Shown: one piece after another, positions 30,722 to 39,633 of the stretch
How the letters are laid out: each line of letters opens with the position of its first letter
Numbering within the stretch: position 1 is the first letter of the stretch
Origin: a virus
Lineage: Duplodnaviria; Heunggongvirae; Uroviricota; Caudoviricetes
Virus record (IMG/VR): IMGVR_UViG_3300038345_000251
Span: 128,001-192,000 of that record
DNA length: 64,000 nt
Strand: one strand, 5' to 3'
Notes under the pieces: model-generated
The model's input: the letters and a program-made list of their open reading frames with translations, nothing else
What the model was told of the DNA's origin: nothing
The model's database searches: none
Translations under genes and position numbers: made by a program

Positions 30722-31084
30722 ATGAAAATTAAGTTAGTAAGTTTTAATCAGTCAACAAGTGATGGCCATGTATATAAAAAAGAAGCATTTGAAGAATATT
30801 TGAATACACATAAAAATGAGTTATTTAACGTAACCATTAATGGCAGTAAAAATAGAATTGGTGTTTTAACACATATAGCTGAAGATGATAACGGTATTTA
30901 TGGTGAGTATTTTCCTTTGGAAACAGATACAGCAAAACTTCTTTCGCAAATGGAAAAAAAGAAGATTATAGAGTTTGAACCAACCGTAGAAAAAAATGAA
31001 TTAGGAAATATTAAGATTAATGAAATTTCTATAGTAAAGAAAAAAGATAAGAAGAATGGGACAACCAGTAAGAAAAGCAATTAA
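30722..31084 (+). CDS. Small protein resembling a degenerate prohead protease (gp21-like) fold
   Basis: SDGHVYKKE, THIAEDDNGIYGEYFPLETDTAKLL recall the NGRVYP.E and ...LYG...ILDTP.GK.L segments of gp21-type proteases. Confidence 0.45.
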   Translation: MKIKLVSFNQSTSDGHVYKKEAFEEYLNTHKNELFNVTINGSKNRIGVLTHIAEDDNGIYGEYFPLETDTAKLLSQMEKKKIIEFEPTVEKNELGNIKINEISIVKKKDKKNGTTSKKSN

Positions 31085-32360
31085 AGAAAAACATCCTGAA
31101 TTAAACGTAACACCATTTTATACATTAATAGTTGATGGTAATAATCTACTTAGAATGTGTTTTAGGGATGATAAAGTAAATAGTGAAGGTGTACACTATG
31201 GTGGAGTTTTTCAGTTCTTACTTCAACTTAAAATAATGTTGATGAAAAAAAGTTATGACTATATATACGTAACATTTGATGATAGTAATTCAGGTATGTT
31301 ACGATATAAATTATATAACGATTATAAAGCAAATAGAGATAAAACATATAGTGATTATACAGGTGATGAATTAAGTGATTATCAAAAACAATTTGATGAA
31401 AAACTAAAAAAAATGCAGAATTATTATTTTAAAGGCAGGAAAGATAGAAAAAATGATATAAAAGTTGATGAACGTGATTATATTGACAAATATAAAACAA
31501 AAGAAATCACAGAACAAGAGGTAATATCAATATTTGGTGAAGAACGTGGTAAAAAACTCATTAAAACTGCCGAAAAAGAGGTTATAGACGAAAATTTTCA
31601 GAGAGAAAGAGAAATTCTAATGAAATATTTCAACGAACTTTATATTAGATGGATTTTTCATGATACGGTAGAAGGTGATGATTTTATAGCATATTATGTT
31701 TTGCATAAGAAACCTGAAGAACGTATTGTTATTATGTCTTCTGACCAAGATTTAACACAATTAATTAGTGATACTGTGTGTGTTTATGACCATAGTATTG
31801 ACAAATATATATCGAAAGATAATATAGTTAGGTTAAAAGGTTTACCTGTTGAAAATGTTTTGATAAAAAAAGTGTTTTGTGGTGATTCAAGTGATAATAT
31901 TAAGAATATTAATGGCGTTAGTGAAGCAAGATTGTTTGAATTAATGCCTGAAATAAAAAGTAGGCCTGTTACCATTGAAGAAATTAAAGAAAGAGCACAA
32001 AAATGTATAGATGAACGTATTGCCGAAAAGAAAAAACCTTTGAAATGGCATGAAAATATAGTAAATGGTGTTTCTAATGGTAATTATGATGGCGATTTCT
32101 ATGAAATTAATACAAAAATAATTGATTTAAAACATCCTTTGTTAACAGATGAAGCAATAGAGGAAATAGAATCAATGATGTATGCACCACAGGACCCTGA
32201 TGGAAGGTCATTTAACAATTTATATCAATATATTATTGATGATGGTATTGATGAATTAAAATCTGAGACAAAATTTGCAAGTTTTTTTGAACAGTTCAAA
32301 ATTCTAGCAAATAAAGAAATAAATAGATATAAGAATTTTGTGGAGAATGGAAAAAATTAA
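31056..32360 (+). CDS. RNase H / 5'-3' flap exonuclease (T4 rnh-like)
   Basis: LIVDGNNL, YKANR, VEGDDFIA, SSDQDLTQL, GDSSDNI. Confidence 0.9.
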   Translation: MGQPVRKAIKEKHPELNVTPFYTLIVDGNNLLRMCFRDDKVNSEGVHYGGVFQFLLQLKIMLMKKSYDYIYVTFDDSNSGMLRYKLYNDYKANRDKTYSDYTGDELSDYQKQFDEKLKKMQNYYFKGRKDRKNDIKVDERDYIDKYKTKEITEQEVISIFGEERGKKLIKTAEKEVIDENFQREREILMKYFNELYIRWIFHDTVEGDDFIAYYVLHKKPEERIVIMSSDQDLTQLISDTVCVYDHSIDKYISKDNIVRLKGLPVENVLIKKVFCGDSSDNIKNINGVSEARLFELMPEIKSRPVTIEEIKERAQKCIDERIAEKKKPLKWHENIVNGVSNGNYDGDFYEINTKIIDLKHPLLTDEAIEEIESMMYAPQDPDGRSFNNLYQYIIDDGIDELKSETKFASFFEQFKILANKEINRYKNFVENGKN

Positions 32361-33231
32361 AACAGTAATAAAAATCAATGAAGAACAATTAGGTAAAATT
32401 GTTAAAAAGGTTGTTAATGAGATATTGTTTAATACTTTACCTAAACATGACCCAAGCGGAAATATATATTCGGCTATGTTAGAATCTAAACCATATTTAT
32501 TAAAGGAAGGGTTAATACAGTCTTATCCAATAGATAGAGTTGTATCTGCTTTAAAATCTTTATTTAATTTATATGACGGAAATAATAAAGAAGAACAGAA
32601 TAAATTGCTTTATTTTTTAGACAAAGGTGAAAAATATAATGATTTTAATGGTATAATTTTTTTAAACGAATATAGTCAAAATGATACACAAAGAATTGAA
32701 ATTAAAGTTAATAAAAATGACTTTAATCAAGAGGATTTTGATAGATATTTACTAAAATATGGGTGGTATTGTGGAATATCTGAAAGAGTATACGGCTATG
32801 ATAACATTATTAGATTTATATATGAGAAAAAATTTGATATAGATGTTACAGAACTTGTAAAAGAAAAAAGATTTATTTATCATATTTGTCCTAATATTTA
32901 TTTAAATAAAATAAATAGAGTTGGTTTAAAACCTAAATATTCATCATGGAATCAGTTTAAAAATCCAGAAAGGGTATATTTTTTCTTGGAAAAAATATCA
33001 CATGAAAAGTTTTGTGCTTGGGCATATAATTTTCATTGGGAAAAAAATATGGAAAGACGAGAATTAAATGATGGTTGGTCGTTATTGAAAATAGACACAA
33101 TGAATTTAACGAACAATCCAAGTTTTTATTTTGATGCAAGAATGAGAAATGGTATATATACAATGGATTCAATTTCTCCTGAAAATATAGAAATAATTGA
33201 TTTTATTGATGTTAATGATTTAATTAATTAA
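32347..33231 (+). CDS. Protein with a C-terminal Tpt1/KptA-like ADP-ribosyltransferase fold
   Basis: IYHI, GLKP, RVYF, LLKID, FYFD, GIYT.DSISPENI; N-terminal IKINEEQL..IV..VVNE. Confidence 0.55.
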   Translation: MEKIKTVIKINEEQLGKIVKKVVNEILFNTLPKHDPSGNIYSAMLESKPYLLKEGLIQSYPIDRVVSALKSLFNLYDGNNKEEQNKLLYFLDKGEKYNDFNGIIFLNEYSQNDTQRIEIKVNKNDFNQEDFDRYLLKYGWYCGISERVYGYDNIIRFIYEKKFDIDVTELVKEKRFIYHICPNIYLNKINRVGLKPKYSSWNQFKNPERVYFFLEKISHEKFCAWAYNFHWEKNMERRELNDGWSLLKIDTMNLTNNPSFYFDARMRNGIYTMDSISPENIEIIDFIDVNDLIN

Positions 33232-33303
33232 AATAAAACTACAATTTTATGATTTGCGAGCAGGAAAATCCAGATAATTGTTGTTTCTTAAAAAAAAATG
33301 TTG

Positions 33304-33311
33304 TATATTTG
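33304..33311 (+). promoter_or_regulatory. Bacteroidota-type -7 promoter box
   Basis: TATATTTG upstream of ORF 33348 and the helicase. Confidence 0.65.
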
Positions 33312-33347
33312 TACAGAATTTATGTTTAACTTTAAATATTAATTAAA

Positions 33348-34163
33348 ATGGTAGAAAATAGAAAACAATTTGTAAGAGATTACAAAGAAAGATTTGAATT
33401 TAAACTTACTATTGGCGATAATATTATTTGCCAACGTTATTTCAAAATTAATAATTTTAATGAACAAAGTATTCGTTCATTTGAATTGGTTGACACAATC
33501 AGAAATGTTGTCAAAACAATTGATGATGAGTTGAAGTCTAAAACTCTTGATTATCTTGAAATCTTTTCACCAATGTATTTTAATAGCCTTGAAGAAATGG
33601 CTAAGTATTTTGAAAATCCTTATAACCGTAAAAGAATGAGACTTGGTGAAGGTATTGTTGTAAAGGGTGAAAAGGTTGATTATTTTTGGTCAGATAAAGA
33701 TGAGCCTAGAGCACTTAACTTTAAGTTTGATGATGGTGAACTTTGTAATAGTCTTTCTGAAGATGATAGTGTAACATATAAATTTGCTTTCTTAGTTGAT
33801 GAGAAAGAAGTTTGTTCTGCTTGTTGGGAAGGTGTTTATCCTAAATTTATCCGTAACGCTATCGACCTTTCCAATAAGAAAGGTAAAATTGAATATGAAG
33901 ATTTATCAAGACTTGGTTTTGAAGAATATCTTAATTATCGTATTTGTGTAAATAGAAGTGACCTTGTTTATACAATAATTAAAGATATTTGTTCAGTTTG
34001 TTGCTTACAGGGTAATAATTGTTATACTCTTACAAGTACTTATGATGATACTGTTTATAAAAATTATCTTTCTCATAATGACATCTGTAAAATTTATAAG
34101 TTGTCTTGGGATGGAATGATAAGATATAGAAGTAAAAAAGAAATAGAAACGTTTGGTAGTTAA
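33348..34163 (+). CDS. Hypothetical protein upstream of the helicase
   Basis: 271-aa ORF ending 5 nt before the helicase start. Confidence 0.75.
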   Translation: MVENRKQFVRDYKERFEFKLTIGDNIICQRYFKINNFNEQSIRSFELVDTIRNVVKTIDDELKSKTLDYLEIFSPMYFNSLEEMAKYFENPYNRKRMRLGEGIVVKGEKVDYFWSDKDEPRALNFKFDDGELCNSLSEDDSVTYKFAFLVDEKEVCSACWEGVYPKFIRNAIDLSNKKGKIEYEDLSRLGFEEYLNYRICVNRSDLVYTIIKDICSVCCLQGNNCYTLTSTYDDTVYKNYLSHNDICKIYKLSWDGMIRYRSKKEIETFGS

Positions 34164-34168
34164 AAATT

Positions 34169-36676
34169 ATGGGAAAAGCAATAGACAAAAGTACTTTAGG
34201 TTATCTTGGTATTGATTTTCAATATAAACTTGTTAAGTTCTTTGTCGAAGACCATAATTTTTTTGAAGAAATTTCTGATATTGTTGACCAAAACGCATTT
34301 ACAGAGCAAATTTTAAGAGTTTTTGTAGGTACACTTAAAGATTTACAAAAGTCTGAAAATTTAGTTCCTTCTTATTCTACAATTGAAATTGCATTAAGAA
34401 GCAAAGCAAAAGAAGAATATGAAGTTAAAGAATATGAAGAGTTAATTGATAAACTGAAAAAAACTTCTTATGAAGGTGCTACTCTTGTAAAAGAAAATGC
34501 TTTAAAATTCTTTAAGCAACAACGATTAATCAGTGCAGCAAATAAAATCCTTGAAAAAGTTGGTAAGGGTGACATTGAACAATATGATGAGTGCTTGAAA
34601 ATCATTGAAAATGCACTTGCAGCAGGTAATGCTGAAGACTTTGGTAGTTCAATCTATGATTTGGAAGAAAAAGCCTTGTCACCTGACTATACGGTTTCTG
34701 TTTCTACAGGTATTAAAGGTTTGGACGATGCACTTGGCGGTGGACTTGATAAGGGTAAATTTGGATTAATTATTGGTCCATTAGGCTTTGGCAAAGCACT
34801 TGCTGATGATGAGAATGTTGTAACACCTGATGGTTATAAACAAATTAAAGAAATCAAAGTCGGTGACTATGTAATTGGTAGTAATGGTAAGCCATGCATG
34901 GTGTTAGGTGTTTATCCACAGGGTGAAAGGGACATTTATAAGGTAACTTTTTCAGATAAAACAAGTTGTAGATGTGATAAGGAACATTTATGGAATGTGA
35001 ATTCTTTGAAACAAAGATGGCATAAGACAAGAATATACGGAAAACGAGTGAGAACACCTGACTTTTCATTTAAAACAATGACTTTAAATGATATTGTTAA
35101 TGATGGTTTGGTCAAAAATAATGTACGAAATTTTAGAATACCTGTTACTAAACCAGTTGAATTTGAAGAAAAAGAATTGTTAATAAATCCTTATTTAATG
35201 GGGTATTTTATTGGTGATGGAACATTTAGTAGGAATGTTATTACATGTGGTAAACAGGACATTGAATCTTGTATAGAAGAATTAGAAAAATGTGGTGAAG
35301 AGTTTACAGTAAGTTATTATCCTAATAAAAATGTATATTCTTTAAATTTCAAGAAAAGTTTAAAAGATAAAATTAAATTTTATTTCTTTAATAATGAAAC
35401 GGCTGAAGAAAAATACATACCAGCAGTGTTTAAATATAATACAATTAAAAACAGGGTTGCATTGTTGAATGGATTAATGGATTCTGATGGTACATCACAA
35501 AAAAATGGTACATCGTGTTTCAATACTAAATCTAAACAACTTGCATTAGATGTGAGAGAAATTGTTTTATCATTAGGTGGTTTTGCAACTATTCATGAAA
35601 AGAAAACTGGATATTTTAGTAAAAAATATAATAAGTTTATTGATTGTGGTATACAATATGAGTGTACTATCACATTAACAGATTCAAGTTTACCAATTTT
35701 TAGATTTAAAAGAAAACAGGACAGAGTAAAATATCGTGTTAAATATAAGGATTCTAAATATATTGATAATGTTGAATTTGTTGGTAGGCAAAAAGCAATT
35801 TGTATTAAAGTTGATGCAGAAGATGAATTGTTTTTAACAAACGATTACATTGTGACACATAATACTTCTTTATCAACAGCTATTGCATCAGCAGCAGCAA
35901 CGACAAAATGTGAACAAAATAATAACCAAGGTTGGAAAGTCGTTCAAATTTATTTCGAAGATGATGATGTTGATATAACACGAAAACATTTTTCAAGACT
36001 TGTTGATAAAGAAGCACGTGATTTTAAACGTCTTGATAGTGAAAAACGAAAAGAAATTCTTAATGCTCTTGAAAATCACCCTAATAGGGAACTTCTTAGA
36101 CAAAATTTAAGACTTAAAAGTTTTAGAACAGGTGAAAAAACAGCAACTGATATTAAAAATTGGTTAGTAAAACTTACCAATAAAGGTTTTAAACCAGACC
36201 TTGTAATTATTGACTATTTTGAATGTCTTGCGCCTGAACGTGATGATAAATCTAAAGATAAATGGGAACAGGAAGGTGTTACGGCACGTAAAATAGAAGG
36301 AATGGCAAAAGAACTTGATATTGCTGTCTGGGTTCCTACACAGGGTAGTCGTGAAAGTATTGAATCTGAAATTGTTACGGTTGATAAAGGCGGTGGTTCA
36401 ATTAAAAAGTCACAGGTTGCACAAGTTATTATTTCAATTGCAAGAACATTGGAAGATAGGGAAAATAATAGAGCAACATTGGCTTTATTAAAGAATCGTT
36501 CAGGTCTTGGTACTAAGATTTTCAGAAACATTGTGTTTGATAATGGTAGGTGTATTATTATCTGTGATGATGTGGAAGAATTGGATAGTGTTAAGAAGTG
36601 GACAGAGGAAGAAAAGAAGATTGCAGACCGCAATGAAGAAGAGTTAAGATTATCGGTTTTTCATCAAAAAATGTAA
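34169..36676 (+). CDS. Replicative DnaB/gp41-like helicase, intein-containing
   Basis: Walker A GPLGFGK|T split by the intein; VIIDYFECL, VWVPTQGSR, LLKNRSG. Confidence 0.92.
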   Translation: MGKAIDKSTLGYLGIDFQYKLVKFFVEDHNFFEEISDIVDQNAFTEQILRVFVGTLKDLQKSENLVPSYSTIEIALRSKAKEEYEVKEYEELIDKLKKTSYEGATLVKENALKFFKQQRLISAANKILEKVGKGDIEQYDECLKIIENALAAGNAEDFGSSIYDLEEKALSPDYTVSVSTGIKGLDDALGGGLDKGKFGLIIGPLGFGKALADDENVVTPDGYKQIKEIKVGDYVIGSNGKPCMVLGVYPQGERDIYKVTFSDKTSCRCDKEHLWNVNSLKQRWHKTRIYGKRVRTPDFSFKTMTLNDIVNDGLVKNNVRNFRIPVTKPVEFEEKELLINPYLMGYFIGDGTFSRNVITCGKQDIESCIEELEKCGEEFTVSYYPNKNVYSLNFKKSLKDKIKFYFFNNETAEEKYIPAVFKYNTIKNRVALLNGLMDSDGTSQKNGTSCFNTKSKQLALDVREIVLSLGGFATIHEKKTGYFSKKYNKFIDCGIQYECTITLTDSSLPIFRFKRKQDRVKYRVKYKDSKYIDNVEFVGRQKAICIKVDAEDELFLTNDYIVTHNTSLSTAIASAAATTKCEQNNNQGWKVVQIYFEDDDVDITRKHFSRLVDKEARDFKRLDSEKRKEILNALENHPNRELLRQNLRLKSFRTGEKTATDIKNWLVKLTNKGFKPDLVIIDYFECLAPERDDKSKDKWEQEGVTARKIEGMAKELDIAVWVPTQGSRESIESEIVTVDKGGGSIKKSQVAQVIISIARTLEDRENNRATLALLKNRSGLGTKIFRNIVFDNGRCIIICDDVEELDSVKKWTEEEKKIADRNEEELRLSVFHQKM
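34796..35863 (+). mobile_element. Class 3 intein (356 aa) with LAGLIDADG endonuclease
   Basis: Starts Ala (ALADDE), block B EHLW, block F AICIKV, block G YIVTHN followed by Thr; LAGLIDADG motifs LMGYFIGDG and LLNGLMDSDG. Confidence 0.9.
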
Positions 36677-36794
36677 AAATAAGATAGTAAGGTAGTTATG
36701 GTAAACTAGGTAAAAATAGTAAGAAATTGTTTCCGATTTCGCAAAATAAGAGGCGATTTCTTACTATTTATTTTATACTAAAGAGAGAATAAAT

Positions 36795-38975
36795 ATGGAT
36801 GTAAGAAAAAGTAATGGCTCTTATGAAGAGTTTAGTAGAGAAAAAGCAAAGAAAAGTATCTGTGAGGCATACAATTCAATAGGAGAAGAATGTAATGATA
36901 CAATTCTTGAAGCAATTGTAAATGGATTATATGTTTATGAAAAAATTTCAACAATGGAAATTGATAGACAAATAGTTGAGGCTTTAATGTCTATTAATAA
37001 AAAAGTTGCAAAGAGTTTCGTAGAAAATGGTACAAATAGAAAAATCTTAAAAAAGAATGATGACTTTGTTAAAAATTACATTAGTGCATCAAATGCTGCC
37101 ACTGGTTCAAAGTATGATTCAAATGCAAATGTTTCCAATAAAAACATTGTTACATTAGGGCAAGAAATACATAAAGGTGAAAATATACAACAGAATAGGT
37201 ATATTATGCACAATAAAATTAAATCGTTGTATAGTAAGAAACTTGCTGACCAATATATATATGATTTGGAACATCATATTATTTACCGTCATGATGAATC
37301 AGGAACACCTGGTTTCCCCTATTGTGTAGCAATCACAATGTACCCATTTTTAGTTGATGGTTTGAAAAAACTTGGTGGTGTATCAGTTGCACCTACTGAT
37401 TTAAAATCGTATTGTGGTGAGTTTATTAACCTTGTCTATTCAATATCTTCTCAGTTTATGGGTGCAGTTGCAACGCCTGAGTTTTTGCTTTGTATGGATT
37501 GGTTTATAAGAAAAGATTATGGTGATAACTATCTTGAAAGGTTAAACGAGGTTGTTGAAAATACAACAAAACAAAGAACACTTGACCAAGTAATTGAAAA
37601 TTGTTTTCAACAAGTAGTTCATTCTATGAATATGCCAGCAGGTAATCGTGGTTATCAAACAGTATTCTGGAATGTTTCTTATTTTGATAAGTATTATTTT
37701 GAAGGTGTTTTTGGCGATTTTGTTTTTCCTGATGGAACAAAACCAATTTGGGAAACATTGTCTTGGTTACAGAAAAGATTTATGAACTTTTTCTTAAAAG
37801 AAAGAAGTAAATATGTTTTAACTTTTCCTGTTGAAACAATGGCACTTTTAACAGATGGAAACGATGATTTTCTTGATAAAGAATATGCAGATTTTACTGC
37901 TGAAATGTGGTCTAAAGGACATAGTTTTTTCTGTTATTTAAGTGATAGCCCAGATAGTTTAAGTAGTTGTTGTCGTTTGAGAAATTCTTTGAAGTCAAAT
38001 GAAGATGATGAATTTAATCATACAACACATCAATTTTCAATGGGAACAGCGTCCGTTGCTACAGGTTCAAAATGTGTTATGACAATTGATTTAAACAGAG
38101 CAATACAAGATGCTGCGATTAAATACTATGAAGATAATAATATATCTTATGTTAAAGGTGAAAAATTAAAAGATGGTGTTGATAAAGAAGAAGTTCATAA
38201 ATATATTAAGAATTATATAACTGAACTAACAGAAAGGGTACATAAATATTTAACATCTTTTAATGCCATTATTAAAGATTTTTATGATGCTAATATGTTA
38301 CCTGTTTATACTGCTGGGTTTATTGATATGAGAAAACAATATTTAACGGTTGGTGTTAATGGTTTAACAGATGCAGCAGAATTTATGGGGTTAGAAATAA
38401 CACCAAACGAAGAGTATGAAGAGTTCGCTAATTTAATTCTTGAAACAATTAATGTTTGCAATAGAAAAGATAAAACAAGAGATTGTATGTATAATACAGA
38501 GTTTATTCCTGGTGAAAATGTTTCTTATAAACATTATGAGTGGGATAAAAAAGACGGTTATTTTGTTTCTAACAAACATATGATGTACAGTTCTTATTTT
38601 TATAATCCAGAAGATGAAAACGTTAGTATACTTGATAAATTTACTTTACATGGAAGAAGATTTTCTTCGAAATGCGATGGTGGTATGGCATTACATCAAA
38701 ATTTAAAAGAATTTTTAACACAAGAACAATATAGAAAACTTTTAAAGTTTGCTGCTAAGAATGGAACATCATATTTTACATTTAATGTAATGGGAACTGT
38801 TTGTGAAGAAGAAGATTGTGGGTATATAGATGTTCATACGTTAGATAAATGTCCGAAATGTGGGAGCACAAATGTAAGCCATTTAACAAGAATTATTGGA
38901 TATTTGAAAAAAATAAAAGATTTTAGTGAACCGAGACAAATAGAAGCAAATAAAAGAATTTATAATGAATTATAA
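36795..38975 (+). CDS. nrdD: Anaerobic (class III) ribonucleoside-triphosphate reductase
   Basis: N-terminal ATP cone, SSCCRL, Zn ribbon, glycyl-radical motif RIIGYL. Confidence 0.95.
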   Translation: MDVRKSNGSYEEFSREKAKKSICEAYNSIGEECNDTILEAIVNGLYVYEKISTMEIDRQIVEALMSINKKVAKSFVENGTNRKILKKNDDFVKNYISASNAATGSKYDSNANVSNKNIVTLGQEIHKGENIQQNRYIMHNKIKSLYSKKLADQYIYDLEHHIIYRHDESGTPGFPYCVAITMYPFLVDGLKKLGGVSVAPTDLKSYCGEFINLVYSISSQFMGAVATPEFLLCMDWFIRKDYGDNYLERLNEVVENTTKQRTLDQVIENCFQQVVHSMNMPAGNRGYQTVFWNVSYFDKYYFEGVFGDFVFPDGTKPIWETLSWLQKRFMNFFLKERSKYVLTFPVETMALLTDGNDDFLDKEYADFTAEMWSKGHSFFCYLSDSPDSLSSCCRLRNSLKSNEDDEFNHTTHQFSMGTASVATGSKCVMTIDLNRAIQDAAIKYYEDNNISYVKGEKLKDGVDKEEVHKYIKNYITELTERVHKYLTSFNAIIKDFYDANMLPVYTAGFIDMRKQYLTVGVNGLTDAAEFMGLEITPNEEYEEFANLILETINVCNRKDKTRDCMYNTEFIPGENVSYKHYEWDKKDGYFVSNKHMMYSSYFYNPEDENVSILDKFTLHGRRFSSKCDGGMALHQNLKEFLTQEQYRKLLKFAAKNGTSYFTFNVMGTVCEEEDCGYIDVHTLDKCPKCGSTNVSHLTRIIGYLKKIKDFSEPRQIEANKRIYNEL

Positions 38976-39004
38976 AAAATGGGGATAGTTGTTATCCCCA
39001 TTTT
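38976..39004 (+). terminator. Intrinsic terminator
   Basis: AAAATGGGGATA...TATCCCCATTTT; a -7 box TATCTTTG follows at 39025-39032. Confidence 0.75.
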
Positions 39005-39078
39005 GCTTTTTCTTGATTTTTTTGTATCTTTGTATAAAGTGTGATTTTATATAAAAGAAAGAATAAAAGAGGCGTAAT

Positions 39079-39582
39079 ATGGTTAAATATGTAAAAGAAG
39101 ACACTCAGGTAACGTTTGCTGAAATACCTGATGAAATTGTATTAGCAATTAATATAAGTAATTGTCCTCATCACTGTAAGGGATGTCACAGTCAGTACCT
39201 TCAAACAGATATTGGTGATGAATTAACATTTGAAGTATTAGATGAATTAATTAAGAAAAATGAAGGAATTACTTGTGTTTCGTTTATGGGAGAAGGTAAT
39301 GACTTAAATGGGATATTCTTATTAGGTATGTATATTAAGAATGAATATCCTGATTTAAAAGTTGCATTATACACAGGGTTAGAAGATATTCCTCAAAGGT
39401 TTGTTGAGTACTTTGATTATCTTAAACTTGGACCATATATTGAAGAATTTGGCCCATTAGACAAAGAGACAACTAATCAAAAAATGTTTAAGAAAGAAGA
39501 AAATAGTATGGCACTTATTGGTTATAAGTGGCAAAGCGGTTGGTGTGATATAACAAATAAGTTCTGGAACAAAGTACTTTAG
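39079..39582 (+). CDS. nrdG: Anaerobic RNR activating enzyme (radical SAM)
   Basis: CPHHCKGCHS (CxxxCxxC), DYLKLGPY, TNQ; adjacent to nrdD. Confidence 0.93.
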   Translation: MVKYVKEDTQVTFAEIPDEIVLAINISNCPHHCKGCHSQYLQTDIGDELTFEVLDELIKKNEGITCVSFMGEGNDLNGIFLLGMYIKNEYPDLKVALYTGLEDIPQRFVEYFDYLKLGPYIEEFGPLDKETTNQKMFKKEENSMALIGYKWQSGWCDITNKFWNKVL

Positions 39583-39633
39583 TAGGTATTTTGGGAGATT
39601 TTATTATATTTATAGTAAAAATAAAACTTGTGT

